Position numbers and translations under genes: made by a program
Notes under the pieces: generated by a model
Seen by the model: only the letters and a program-made list of their open reading frames with translations
Databases searched by the model: none
What the model was told of the DNA's origin: nothing
Source: Malacoraja senta
Taxonomy: Eukaryota
NCBI GenBank assembly: GCA_038087875.1
Contig: JAXLNO010000620.1
Coordinates: 186,001-250,000 of the forward strand
Length of the DNA: 64,000 nt
Direction of reading: 5' to 3'
In this document: in pieces, positions 36,079 through 47,351 of the stretch
Position numbering within the stretch: position 1 is the first letter of the stretch
Layout of the letters: each line of letters starts with the position of its first letter

Positions 36079-38683
36079 TAATTGAAGAATCCTCTACCAT
36101 TTCTCTATAGATAGAGAAATTTGGAGTTCTCTTTCCCAGTCATTCTTAATTTTATCAGATATATCTATTTGTAATTTCAAAATCAACTCATAAATAGTCG
36201 TTATTAATCCTTTCTGATAAGGGTTCAAATGTAAATGTTTTTCCAAAATGTTGGTTTGATGTGGTAGCGGAAAAAGGGCTAGAGTAGTCTTCAAAAAATG
36301 TCTAATTTGTAAATATATAAAAGAGTGTGAATTAGGTAAATTATATTTATTGGAGAGTTGTTCGAAAGACATAAAACAACCATCCAAAATCAAATCACGA
36401 AAAACTACTAATCCCTTCCTCTTCCATAATAAAAAGACTTGATCAGTACTAGAAGGTTGGAAGAGAAAATTGGGTAAGATAGGACTCGATAAGATAAAAT
36501 CATTTAGTCCAAAAAACTTACGAAATTGAAACCATATTCGGAACGTATGACTTATTATTGGGTTTGTCGTATATTTATTCAATCTCGTAATTGTAAAAGG
36601 TAACGAGGCCCCTAGAATAGAAGCCAATGATAGCCCTTGTAAGGAATCACGTTCAAGGTTTATCCATCCTGGGCATTGGGTATTCTTTTCTCCAAAATGT
36701 TAGATAATGAACATTGACTGCCCAATAGTAGAGTCTAAGGTTCGGCAATGCCAAACCATCATCTTTTTTTGATTTCTGTAAGTATTTTTTACTTAGTCTG
36801 GAATTTTTATTCTGTCATATATATGATGAAATTTTGGAATCTATAATATCAAAGAAAGATGGCAATAAAAATTGGTATCGTCTGAAATAAATACACAAAC
36901 TTAGGTAAAATGAACATTTTAATAGCGTTGATTCGGCCGATTAAGGATAAGGACATTGGTGACCATTTAGTTAACTGATGTTTAATATGGTCAATTAAAG
37001 GCATAAGATTAACTTTAACTAAATCCTTGTGTTTCTTGGTGATCTTAATACCTAGATAAGTAACGCTTTCGGTAGTCAATCTAAGTGGAAACTGTCCATA
37101 ATTCGAAACAAGATTATTTAATGGAAAAAGCTCACTCTTACTAAGTTTTAGTTTTGTAACCAGAAAAACGACTAAATTGATTAAATAATGCTACTATTGC
37201 CGGAATAGATTTCTCAGGGTTAGAGATAAATAATAACAGATCATCTGCATAAAGAGATCGCTTATGTGTCTTATTCCCACGGACAATACCAAAAATATTA
37301 GGGGATTCCCTAATAGCGGTGGCTAAAGGTTCCAAAGCAATATCAAATAGTAAAGGACTTAAGGGACAGCCCTGTCTAGTACCTCGGAAGAACCTGAAAA
37401 AAGGGGATCTCTGATTATTAGTAAATACAGAAGCCCGAGGTATATGATATATCAGCTTGATCCAAGAAATACATTTTGGACCAATCTTAAATTTTTCAAG
37501 TGTATTGAATAAGTATTCCCATTCTACGCTATCAAACGCCTTCTCGGCATCGAGTGAGATGACAAATTCTGGGGTTTTATTTGACGCTGTATATACAATA
37601 TTCATTAATCTCCTAACGTTAAAGTATGAGTAACGATTTTTAATAAAACCTGTCTGATCTTCAGAGATAATTTGCGGTAAAATATTTTCCAATCGCATAG
37701 CTAATATTTTGGAAAGAATTTTGAAATCTACATTTAACATTGATATAGGTCTATATGATATCACTTCAGTAGGGTCTTTATCTTTTTTAAGAATTAAAGA
37801 AATAGATGCTTCATAAAAAGATTGTGGTAATCTATTCCTTAAAAAGGCTTCTTTAAATACCTTACATAGCCAGGGAGACAATAAATTTGAAAAATAATTT
37901 AAAAATTCTACTGTAAACCCATCTAAACCGGGTGCTTTGCCAAAATTCATTGAAATAATTGCTTTCTGTATTTCTTCTTCCGTGATGGGTTCTTCTAACA
38001 ACAGAGACTCATTATATGGTAAATTTGGTAAGTTCCGTTTCTTTAAAAACTCATGCATTATAATGGAATCAGTAGGAAATTCTGATTGGTATAGGGAGGT
38101 ATAAAATTCCTGAAAGGATTTATTAATTTTGTCATGGTCTACAGTTACTGTACCATCCCGTTTACTCACTTTAGTAATCTGACGCTTGGCCGACACTGCT
38201 TTCAACTGATTAGCGAGTAACTTACCCGATTTTTCGCCATGTATATAAAATTAACTTTGGGTTTTAAGTAGCTGGTTCTCAATCGGTGATACTAATAACA
38301 AATCATGTCTCAATTGAAGTTCAACTCTATTCTTATGAAGCTCTAAACTAGGAACTTTTGAATATTTTTTATCAATTTCTTTAATCTCGTCAGCCAATGT
38401 ACGTATTTCTTTTTGGGTTTGTTTTTTTAATCCCGCGGAGTATGAAATAATTTGTCCACGAATATATGCCTTAAAAGCATCCCAGACTACACCATTGGAT
38501 ACTTCTTCAGTAGCTTGGCAAGAAGTAAAAAGCAATCTGATCTTTCATAAAATTAATAAAGTTTAAGTCTTGAAGCAAAGTAGCATTAAATCGCCATTGT
38601 TTAGCACTAAACTTGGAATCAGGTAGTTTGATTGATAGTTTCAATGGTGCGTGTTCGGAAATAGCAATTGCATCATACTCACA
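36079..38683 (-). mobile_element. L1-clade LINE ORF2 fragment (end of endonuclease to RT), decayed
   Basis: ISEHAP, KAPGLDG, YRPISMLNVD, LDAEKAFD, GTRQGCPLSP, YADD motifs across frameshifted ORFs 36094-38701. Confidence 0.93.
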
Positions 38684-40094
38684 TGCATTCATTGTGATCA
38701 TGGCTGATCATCCACAATCAGTACCACGTTCCTTCCTTCTCCCCATATCCCTTGACTCCACTATCTTTAAGAGCTCTATCTAACTCTCTCTTGAAAGCAT
38801 CCAGAGAATTGGCCTCCACTGCCTTCTGAGGCAGAGAATTCCACAGATTCACAACTCTCTGGCTGAAAAAAGTGTTTCTTCTTCTCCATTCTAAATGGCT
38901 TACCCCTTATTTTTAAACTGTGTGATCCCTAGTTCTGGACTCCCCCAACATCGGGAACATGTTTCCTGCCTCGAGCGTGTCCAAACCCTTAATAATCTTA
39001 TATGTTTCAATAGGATTCCCTCTCATCTTTCTAAATTCCAGAGTATACAAGCTCAGCTAACATCCTGGTGAATCTCTTCTGCACAATTTCCAACTTATCG
39101 GAGGTGTAAAACCTCTCAGATCACGTCAAGAACAACTCCATGGGACACCAATGTCATCAGCTCTGTCTCCCATTCCACATCACATTTGTCCCAACCCTTT
39201 CTCTCTACCCCCCAGCACCTCTCCTCCCTCGCCCCTCAAACCCCTCCCTCTTTCCCCTTCCCTCCCTCCCCCAATGGACCGAATGGCCAAATTCTACTCC
39301 AATCACTTATGATCTTATGACCTCCCTCTTGCTCCAGTCTCTCTCCCTCTTCAACCCACTCTCTTCCCTCACTCCCCCTCTACCTTCTCCTCCCCTCCTT
39401 ACCTCCCTTCCCCCCCCTCTCCCCCTCCTCACGTCAAGTCAAGTTTATTTGTCACAAGATGTGCAGTGTAATGAAAGTGGCAATGCCTGCGAATTGTGCA
39501 AAAAACTACAGAACATACACTCACCTCTGCTCCGCGGAACAGTGGCGGCTGCAAGTGCTCGATGTGGAAGGCGAGTGAGATGGAGACGGAGCAGGGATGA
39601 GGAATGTCAGAAAGAACTTAGATCCTTGGAGGTTCAGATCCAGCGGGAGATAGAGGGGCAGTTCATAGTGCCAGACGTTATGGGGAGAAGGCAGGAGAAT
39701 GGGGTTTGGAGGGAGAGATAGATCAGCCATGATTGAATGGCGGAGTAGACGACGGGCCGAATGGCCTAATTCTACTCCTATCACTGATGCCATTACCCGT
39801 TCAGTTTCAGTTTAGTTTATTTTCACGTGTACCGAGGGACAGTGAAAAGCTTTGAAAGGCAAACGTGATTGGAGCAGAATTAAGCCATTCAGCCCATCAA
39901 GTCTACTCCTGCATTGAATCATGGCCGATCTATCTCTCCCTCCCAAACCCCATTCTCATGCCTTCTCATAAACGCTGACACCCGTACTAACCAAGAAGAG
40001 CTCTTGTTGCGTGCTATCCAATCAGCAGAAAGACAATACATAATTATATCGAGCCATTGACAGTGTACAGACACATGATACACCAGCCCTGTCA

Positions 40095-40775
40095 ATAAAA
40101 GTAAGCATGCAGGTACAGCAGGCAGTCAAGAAAGCAAATGGCCTGTTGGCCTTCATAACAAGAGGAGTTGAGTATAAGAGCAAAGAGGTCCTTCTACAGT
40201 TGTACGGGGCCCTAATGAGACCGCACCTGGAGTATTGTGTGCAGTTTTGGTCCCCATATCTGAGGAAGGACATTCTTGCTGTTGAAGGAGTGCAGCGTAG
40301 GTTCACAAGGTTAATTCGCGGGATGGCGGGACTGTCATATGTTCAAAGAATGGAGCGACTGGGTTTGTCACTGGGATTTAGGATGGGAGGGGATCTTATT
40401 GAAACATATAAGATTATTAAGGATTTGGGCATGCTAGAGGCAGGAAACATGTTCCCGATATTGGGGAGTCCACAACCAGGGGCCATACAGTTTAATAAGG
40501 GGTAGGCCATTTAGAACGGAGATGAGGAAATCCTTTTTCACCCAGAGAGTTGTGAGTCTGTGGAATTGTCTGCCTCAGAAGGCAGTGGAGGCCGATTCTC
40601 TGGATGCTTTCAAGAGATATTTAGACAGAGCTCTTAAAGGTAGCAGGGTCAGGGGATATGGGGAGAAGGCAGGAACGGGGAACTGATTGTGGATGATCAC
40701 CCATGATCACGGTGAATGGCGGTGCTGGCTCGAAGGGCCGAGTGGCCCAACGTTGCACCTGTTGTCTATTGTTTA
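40095..40775 (+). mobile_element. CR1 3' fragment
   Basis: QQAVKKANG...RPHLEYCVQFWSP...; CR1 3' UTR. Confidence 0.88.
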
Positions 40776-40976
40776 TTCGGTAGACACAAAATGCTGGAGT
40801 AACTCAGCAGGACAGGCAGCATCACTCGAGAGAAGGAATGAGTGACATTTGGGGTCGAGGCCCTCTTTAGTACATTTGGTTGACGTATTATGGTGGTGAG
40901 TTTTGTTTCATTTTATTTTGTACGGTTTAGTATTATTGTTGCTAATTGATTGAATTATTTTTGGATTAATAAACAG

Positions 40977-41491
40977 TGCCGGCCCCGCTCACCCTGAACC
41001 CGGACACGACCAACCCGTGGCTGCAGCTGTCCGAGGATCTGTGCATCGTGTGGATGGGGGCGGAGCGGCAGTCCCTGCCCGAGTCCCGGTGGAGGTTTGA
41101 CCGATGTGCCGGCGTGCTGGCGGCGCAGGTCTTCGCGTCCGGCTGCCACTACTGGGAGGTGGAGGTTGGCGGCAAGACGGAGTGGGACCTCGGCGTGGCG
41201 CGGCGATCGTGCCAGAGGAAGGGCAGGGTGGAGCGCCGGCCCCGGGAAGGCTACTGGAGGATGAGCCTGCGGAGAGGCGAAGGGTACCAGGTTGTCACCG
41301 AGCCGCCGACCCCCCTCACCCTGGAGCGCGGACCCCTGACCGGCGGCGTCTACCTGGATCACGAGGGCGGCCAGGTGTCCTTCTACGATGCCGGCAGCAT
41401 GGCGCACCTGTACACCTTCGCCCACACCTTCTCCGAGACCCTCTACCCCTACCTCTGCCTCACCGATGGGGGAAGAACGCCGAGCCCATGA
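40977..41491 (+). pseudogene. Orphan PRY-SPRY (B30.2) terminal exon, TRIM/BTN-like, C-terminal frameshift
   Basis: Acceptor AAACAG|TG. LTLNPDT, RFDRCAGVL, GCHYWEVEVG, GVYLDHEGGQVSFY, HLYTF, LYPY motifs. The canonical tail KNAEPMKIC is in another frame. Confidence 0.85.
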
Positions 41492-41610
41492 AGATCTGCC
41501 GGCTCACCAGCCAGTCCCGGCACCACCTGCCCGTGATGTTACCCGCCCACTCCGATACCTCATCCGCCACCACCCGTCACCTCCACCCATCCTAACTGTG
41601 GATAGACACC

Positions 41611-41778
41611 GAGTGCTGGAGTAACTCAGCGGGTCAGGCAGCATCTGTGGAGAACATGGATAGGTGACGTTTCACAGAGTGCTGGAATAACTCAGCGGGT
41701 CAGGCAGCATCTGTGGAGAACACGGATAGGTGACGTTTCACAGAGTGCTGGAGTAACTCAGCGGGTCAGGCAGCATCT
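41611..41778. repeat. 66-bp tandem repeat (2.5 copies) of a Penelope-derived segment
   Basis: GAGTGCTGGA recurs at 41611, 41677 and 41743. Confidence 0.85.
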
Positions 41779-42253
41779 GGTTTCTTCCCAGACTTCAAAG
41801 ACGGACAGGTTTGTTCGCTAATTGACTTCGGTAAAATTGAAAATGACAGTGTTAGTGTGCGGGGTGATCGCTGGGCGGTGTGGACTCGGTGGGCCGGAGG
41901 GCCTGTGTCCGCGCTGTATCTCAAGTCTAAAGATCACTCCCCACATATCTCCAGCGGTGGAAGGGCCAATCACTGTGTATGAACTCCGAACAAACTTCTC
42001 AGGATGTGTGTTGATGATGTGAAATAATTTTGATATGTAATTAAGTACCGATTGATTTTCATTTGCTCTGTTGCCTTCGATACGTTACTGGGCGCTGGGA
42101 TGAGAGAGGAACCTCACGCGTGGATGGAGAGATGGAATATAACACGGGTAGAGTGTGTGAAACAAAGAAACATAGATGCATGAGTAAGCCATTCGGCCCT
42201 TCGAGCTAGCACCGCCATTAAATAAGATCATGGCTGATCATCTAAATTCAGTA

Positions 42254-43354
42254 TTAAATTCAAAATTAAATGATTTTTTCAGATTTCTTCAACTTAGAGA
42301 TTATGTTAAAGCAAATACTCAAAACTTTAGAATTAGAAATTCAGAAATTCTTGATGACTGTTGGAATAAACATCCTAATACAGAAAAATTAATATCTTAC
42401 ATATATAATATTTTATTAGATAGCGTTTCAATCGACGGATTTATACAGACAAACATGGGGAAAAAGAACTAAATCAAATAATAACGAAAGATACTTGGGA
42501 AGAAAGTTTACAACACATACATCAATGTTCATTAAATGCTAGACACTCTCTGATACAATTCAAAGTACTACATAGGTTACATTATTCTAAAACAAAATTA
42601 AATAAAATCTTCCCACATATCTCCCCTATATGTGATCAATGTCAACATTTAGATGCTAACTTAACTCATACGTTTGCGAATTGTATAAAAATTAAAAAAT
42701 TCTGGGCAAATATTTTTAGAATAATATCTATAGTTACCAGCACTCAATTGGACCCGGATTCAAAATTAATAATACTAGGAATATTAGAACCAAATCAAAC
42801 ATTTACAACAACTCAAAGGAACGTTATTGATTATAGTATAATAACTGGGGTAAAATTAATTCTAAAATTTTCGAAAGGTCCTATAACCCCCACAATTAAA
42901 ATGTGGATTATAGAAATGACGGAGACCTTACATTTGGAAAGAATTAGACTTGTCCTATTGGACAAACAAGAATTATTTGTTGGAATATGGTCTCCATTTA
43001 TTGATTATCTGAAGGGTCAGAATGGTTCAGCACGGGAATCTGACTAGCACTCGAGTCAAGGATTAGATGAAATGTTATACTCTGAAATGTACGAATATAT
43101 CTCCAATGAAGTATTTTTAGAAAGTTATTCCATTCTTCTTTATTATCTCTTTCTCTTTTTTTCTTTTCTTTTCTCTCTCTCTTTCTTTTCTCTTTCTTTC
43201 ACCTACTTTTTTATTTCTACTTACTTAAAAAAAAAATCATTGGAGACAATACGAATAATGTTTGACAATATTAATAATTTAGAAATGAAATACATGTAAC
43301 GATTTTAATATGATATGTATTTATCTCCAATAAAAATATTATTCCAAAAAAAAA
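42254..43354 (+). mobile_element. L1-clade LINE 3' end with poly(A)
   Basis: FFRFLQLRDYV, QFKVLHRLHYS, a CxxC...H..C knuckle and WSPFIDYL. AATAAA plus poly(A); TSD AAATTCAGTA (42244-42253, 43355-43364). Confidence 0.9.
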
Positions 43355-43554
43355 AAATTCAGTACCCCGTTCCTGCTTTCTCCCCATATCCCTTGATTCT
43401 GTTAACCCTTAGAGCTAAATCTAAATCTCTCTTGAAAACATCCAGTGAACTGGCCTCCACCGCCTTCTGTGGCAGCAAATTCCACAGATTCACAACTCTC
43501 TGGATGAATCTTCTTGGTGGTTTATTTCATTTGATCACTGAAAGCACCAAGGCT

Positions 43555-44164
43555 TCAGTGATTCAAAAAAGCGCCTCTACTTCCTGAGAAGATTACGGAG
43601 TGTCGGTATGTCAAGGAGGACTCTCTCGAACTTCTACAGGTGCACATTAGAGAGCATGCTGACTGGCTGCATCGTGGCTTGGTTCGGCAACTTGAAAGTC
43701 CAGGAGCGGGAAAAACGGCAGAATATTGTGACCACTGCCCAGTCCGTCATCGGCTCTGAACTCCCCACCATCGAAGGGACCAATCGCAGTCCCTGCCTTA
43801 AAAAGGCAGCCAAAATCATCAGAGACCCACACCATCCTGGCCACACACTCATCTTTCTGTTGCCGTCGGGAAGATGGTACAGGAGCTTGAAATCTGGAAT
43901 ATCCAGCTTCAAGAACAGCTTCTTCCCCACAGCCATCAGACTATTAAACACAACATCAAACAAGCTCTGAACAATAACAGTCTATTGCACTTTATCTGTT
44001 TATTTATTGTGTACATATATGGTCTGTGGTATATAGACACACTGAACTTTTATCTCCTGTTCTGTATTATGTTTCCATATTCTGTTGTGCTGCAGCAAGC
44101 AAGAATTTCATTGTCCTATCTGGGACACATGACAATAAAACTCTCTTGACTCTCGACTCTCTTG
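43555..44164 (+). mobile_element. Rex1/Babar-type LINE 3' fragment
   Basis: LSNFYRCTLESMLTGCIVAWFG...HPGH...LPSGR...NSFFP; (CTCTTGA)-like tail. Confidence 0.87.
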
Positions 44165-44772
44165 GCACTTAATTCGAATAAACAAAACCTTTCTATTAGG
44201 TTCTTGTGAATTTTACTGGTCGTTCGAATTATCCAAATTCAACAAAGGGGCATTAAATGTATCTATTGCATTAATCTATTAATGTATCATGTCGTCATGT
44301 TTTGGGGGTCTTTCCCTCAAAGAGGATCCGCTCATAGCTTCCACAAATGCTTCTTGATCAATTTAATTCTACCAGAAGTTCACTTCTCGCTCCTGCATTG
44401 AGGGTCTCTCCACTATTCCACCTTATGCATGTGCCGCATCTGCAGACTCTTGTGTCCCAGTGAATTCTGGACATCAACAACGATGAACCAAGCATTATAA
44501 ATGATTACATTAAACAAATCGCATGCTTGTAGAACTTCAAAATAGCAGAATATGGTTTAAAATATGCAGCACGTCAAGAAGGTTCGGACAAATGTCATGC
44601 ACGCAACCTCATGCATGTCAGGAAGTTCAGTTCGCTGCAGTGCCGCTTTCAACTGATGCCGAACTGTCTAAATATTTAAGAAAGAACTGCAGATGCTGGA
44701 AAAATCGAAGGTAGACAAAAATGCTGGAGAAACTCAGCGGGTGAGCAGCATCAATGGAGCGAAGGAATAGGT

Positions 44773-44800
44773 GACGTTTCGGGTCGAGACCCTTCTTCAG
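44773..44800 (-). ncRNA. Minimal hammerhead ribozyme motif in a Penelope-derived repeat
   Basis: Minus strand CTGAAGA A GGGTC TC GACCC GAAAC GTC: intact CUGANGA and GAAA boxes, perfect 5-bp stem II and a GUC triplet. Confidence 0.65.
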
Positions 44801-45189
44801 ACTGCCTCACCCGCTGAGTTTCTCCAGCATTTGTGTCTCCCTCCGAGCTGTCTAAATGTTTGCGCGGCGCAAGGTCCCCACCTGCTGGTAAAAACCGATA
44901 CTGCGGAATCGGCCGATATATTAACCCATTGCCCGTGGGGATGGTGAATCTGGGGCAGAGAGAATGAACAGATTCCGATGCTGGAGGCCGGCATCGACGT
45001 GGGAGCAGTGGCGGTGACTGGGACAAAATCTGGCATGACCAGAGAAACGAACAGGAGAGACCGCAAGAGTAATCTGGTTGTCTAACTTGAGTAATACATT
45101 GTGCTATTATTTGCACTGTTTTTCATCAACTTCACGAGTTAATACAATACTGTTCTTAATAAACAAAACGTAACCTGATTATTATCAAT

Positions 45190-46321
45190 GGTTGGGTATT
45201 AATGGTGGAGTAGCAAGATGGATTCAACAGTGGCTGAATGGGAGATGCCAGAGAGTAATGGTGGATGGTTGTTTGTCAGGTTGGAGGCCAGTGACTAGTG
45301 GGGTGCCACAGGGATCTGTGTTGGGTCCACTGTTGTTTGTCATGTACATCAATGATCTGGATGATGGTGTGGTAAATTGGATTAGTAAGTATGCAGATGA
45401 TACTAAGATAGGTGGGGCTGTGGATAATGAAGTAGATTTTCAAAGTCCACAGAGAGATTTATGCCGGTTGGAAGAGTGGGCTGAAAGATGGCAGATGGAG
45501 TTTAATGCTGATAAGTGTGAGGTGCTACATCTTGGCAGGACAAATCAAAATAGGACGTACATGGTAAATGGTAGGGAATTGAAGAATGCAGGTGAACAGA
45601 GGGATCTTGGAATAACTGTGCAGAGTTGCCAAAAAGTGGAATCTCATGTAGATAGGGTGGTAAAGAAAGCTTTTGGTGTGCTGGCTTTTATAAATCAGAG
45701 CATTGAGTACAGAAGTTGGGATGTAATGTTAAAATTGTACAAGGCATTGGTGAGGCCAATTCTGGAGTATGGTGTACAATTTTGGTCGCCTAATTATAGG
45801 AAGGATGTCAACAAAATAGAGTGAGTACAGAGGAGATTTACTAGAATGTTGCCTGGGTTTCAGCAACTAAGTTACAGAGAAAGGTTGAACAAGTTAGGGC
45901 TTTATTCTTTGGAGCGCAGAAGGTTAAGGGGGGACTTGATAGAGGTCTTTAAAATTATGAGAGGGATAGACAGAGTTGACGTGGATAAGCTTTTCCCACT
46001 AAGAGTAGGGAAGATTCAAACAAGGGGAAATGACTTGAGAATTAAGGGACAGAAGTTTAGGGGTAACATGAGGGGGAACTTCTTTACTCAGAGAGTGGTG
46101 GCTGTGTGGAATGAGCTTCCAGTGAAGGTGGTGGAGGCAGGTTCGTTTTTATCATTTAAAAATAAATTGGATAGTTATATGGACAGGAAAGGAATGGAGG
46201 GTTATGGTCTGAGCGCAGGTATATGGGACTAGGGGAGAATACGTGTTCGGCACGGACTAGAAGGGTCGAGATGGCCTGTTTCCGTGCTGTAATTGTTATA
46301 TGGTTATATGGTTATATGGTT
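45190..46321 (+). mobile_element. CR1-clade LINE 3' fragment
   Basis: GVPQGSVLGP, YADD, LEYGVQFWSP motifs; (ATATGGTT)n tail. Confidence 0.93.
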
Positions 46322-47351
46322 AAGGAATCAATGTAAGTAGGTGATCAATTTCTCAGGGTGTAGATGTCGCTGCAAGACCAGCATTTATTGCACATCACTA
46401 ATTGCCCTCTGAGTAGATCACTCGGCCATTTCTAAGGACATTTGATCTTCAACCACTTTGAGCGAGTTGGATCTTAAACCAAACAAGAGTGTTGCGGTCA
46501 TCGTATTTCAGACAGTTTATTAGTTTCAAGCATTTGAGGCGATTAACTATATTTAAGGTGCTGGAAAATACTTAAAATTGTGTCCCAGGATTGTGCCACT
46601 GGATTCCTCGTTCGATAACTAAATCGGTGCCTCGCCACCGCACCCCAACCTCCAGTTGATGCCTCGAGTTCACCAGTTTCCATTGGATTGTGGCCCTTGA
46701 GTTAAAGCCGGGATTATTCCCGTCATGATCTTACATACCTCTATAAGATCACCCCTCATCCTACTGCGTTCGAATGAATAAGGTCCTAGTCTGCCCAACC
46801 TCTCCCTCTAGTGAGGTCCTCAGGCCCAGGCAACATCATCATAAATATTGTCTACACCCTTTCCAGTTTATCCACATTCTTCATACAGCAGAGTGAACAA
46901 AACTGAACATGTTACTCCAAACTGAGTCTGACCATCCTTAATATGAAATGATGCACGGTTTCTCCAAATATAGATGCACCTGAAGACTGGAGCGTGAAAG
47001 ACGAGTGTACTGATGTGGATTAAAATATGTTAATTCCATCCTGATCCCGGGCTGTGAACGGAGATGCGGGCGGCGGGTTCCACTGCCCAACAGGTGCAAC
47101 GCCTCCTCAGTTACACCTCCTTAGCGCTGGTCCCTGTCCCTTTCTGTCCTGCCTTCGACAATCCCAGGGCAATCTCTCCGCTATCGTCTATATTCAGGCC
47201 GGTTTAATGTCTAACTGACCCCTCCCTCGTGTGATTAGTTGGGAGTGGCCAGGATACTGAACACTGAACACTTGCAGCCAAATAACATTCATTCCCCTGG
47301 ACGGCAGCGCGCGCAGTGGGAAACACTTTGAACCAGGAAGTGGAGGTTAAA

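Noticed and set aside
29364..41491. Array exons as the N-terminal part of the PRY-SPRY gene
   Set aside because: Phase mismatch (2 versus 1), no linking exon seen, and a candidate stop/poly(A) exon lies in between.
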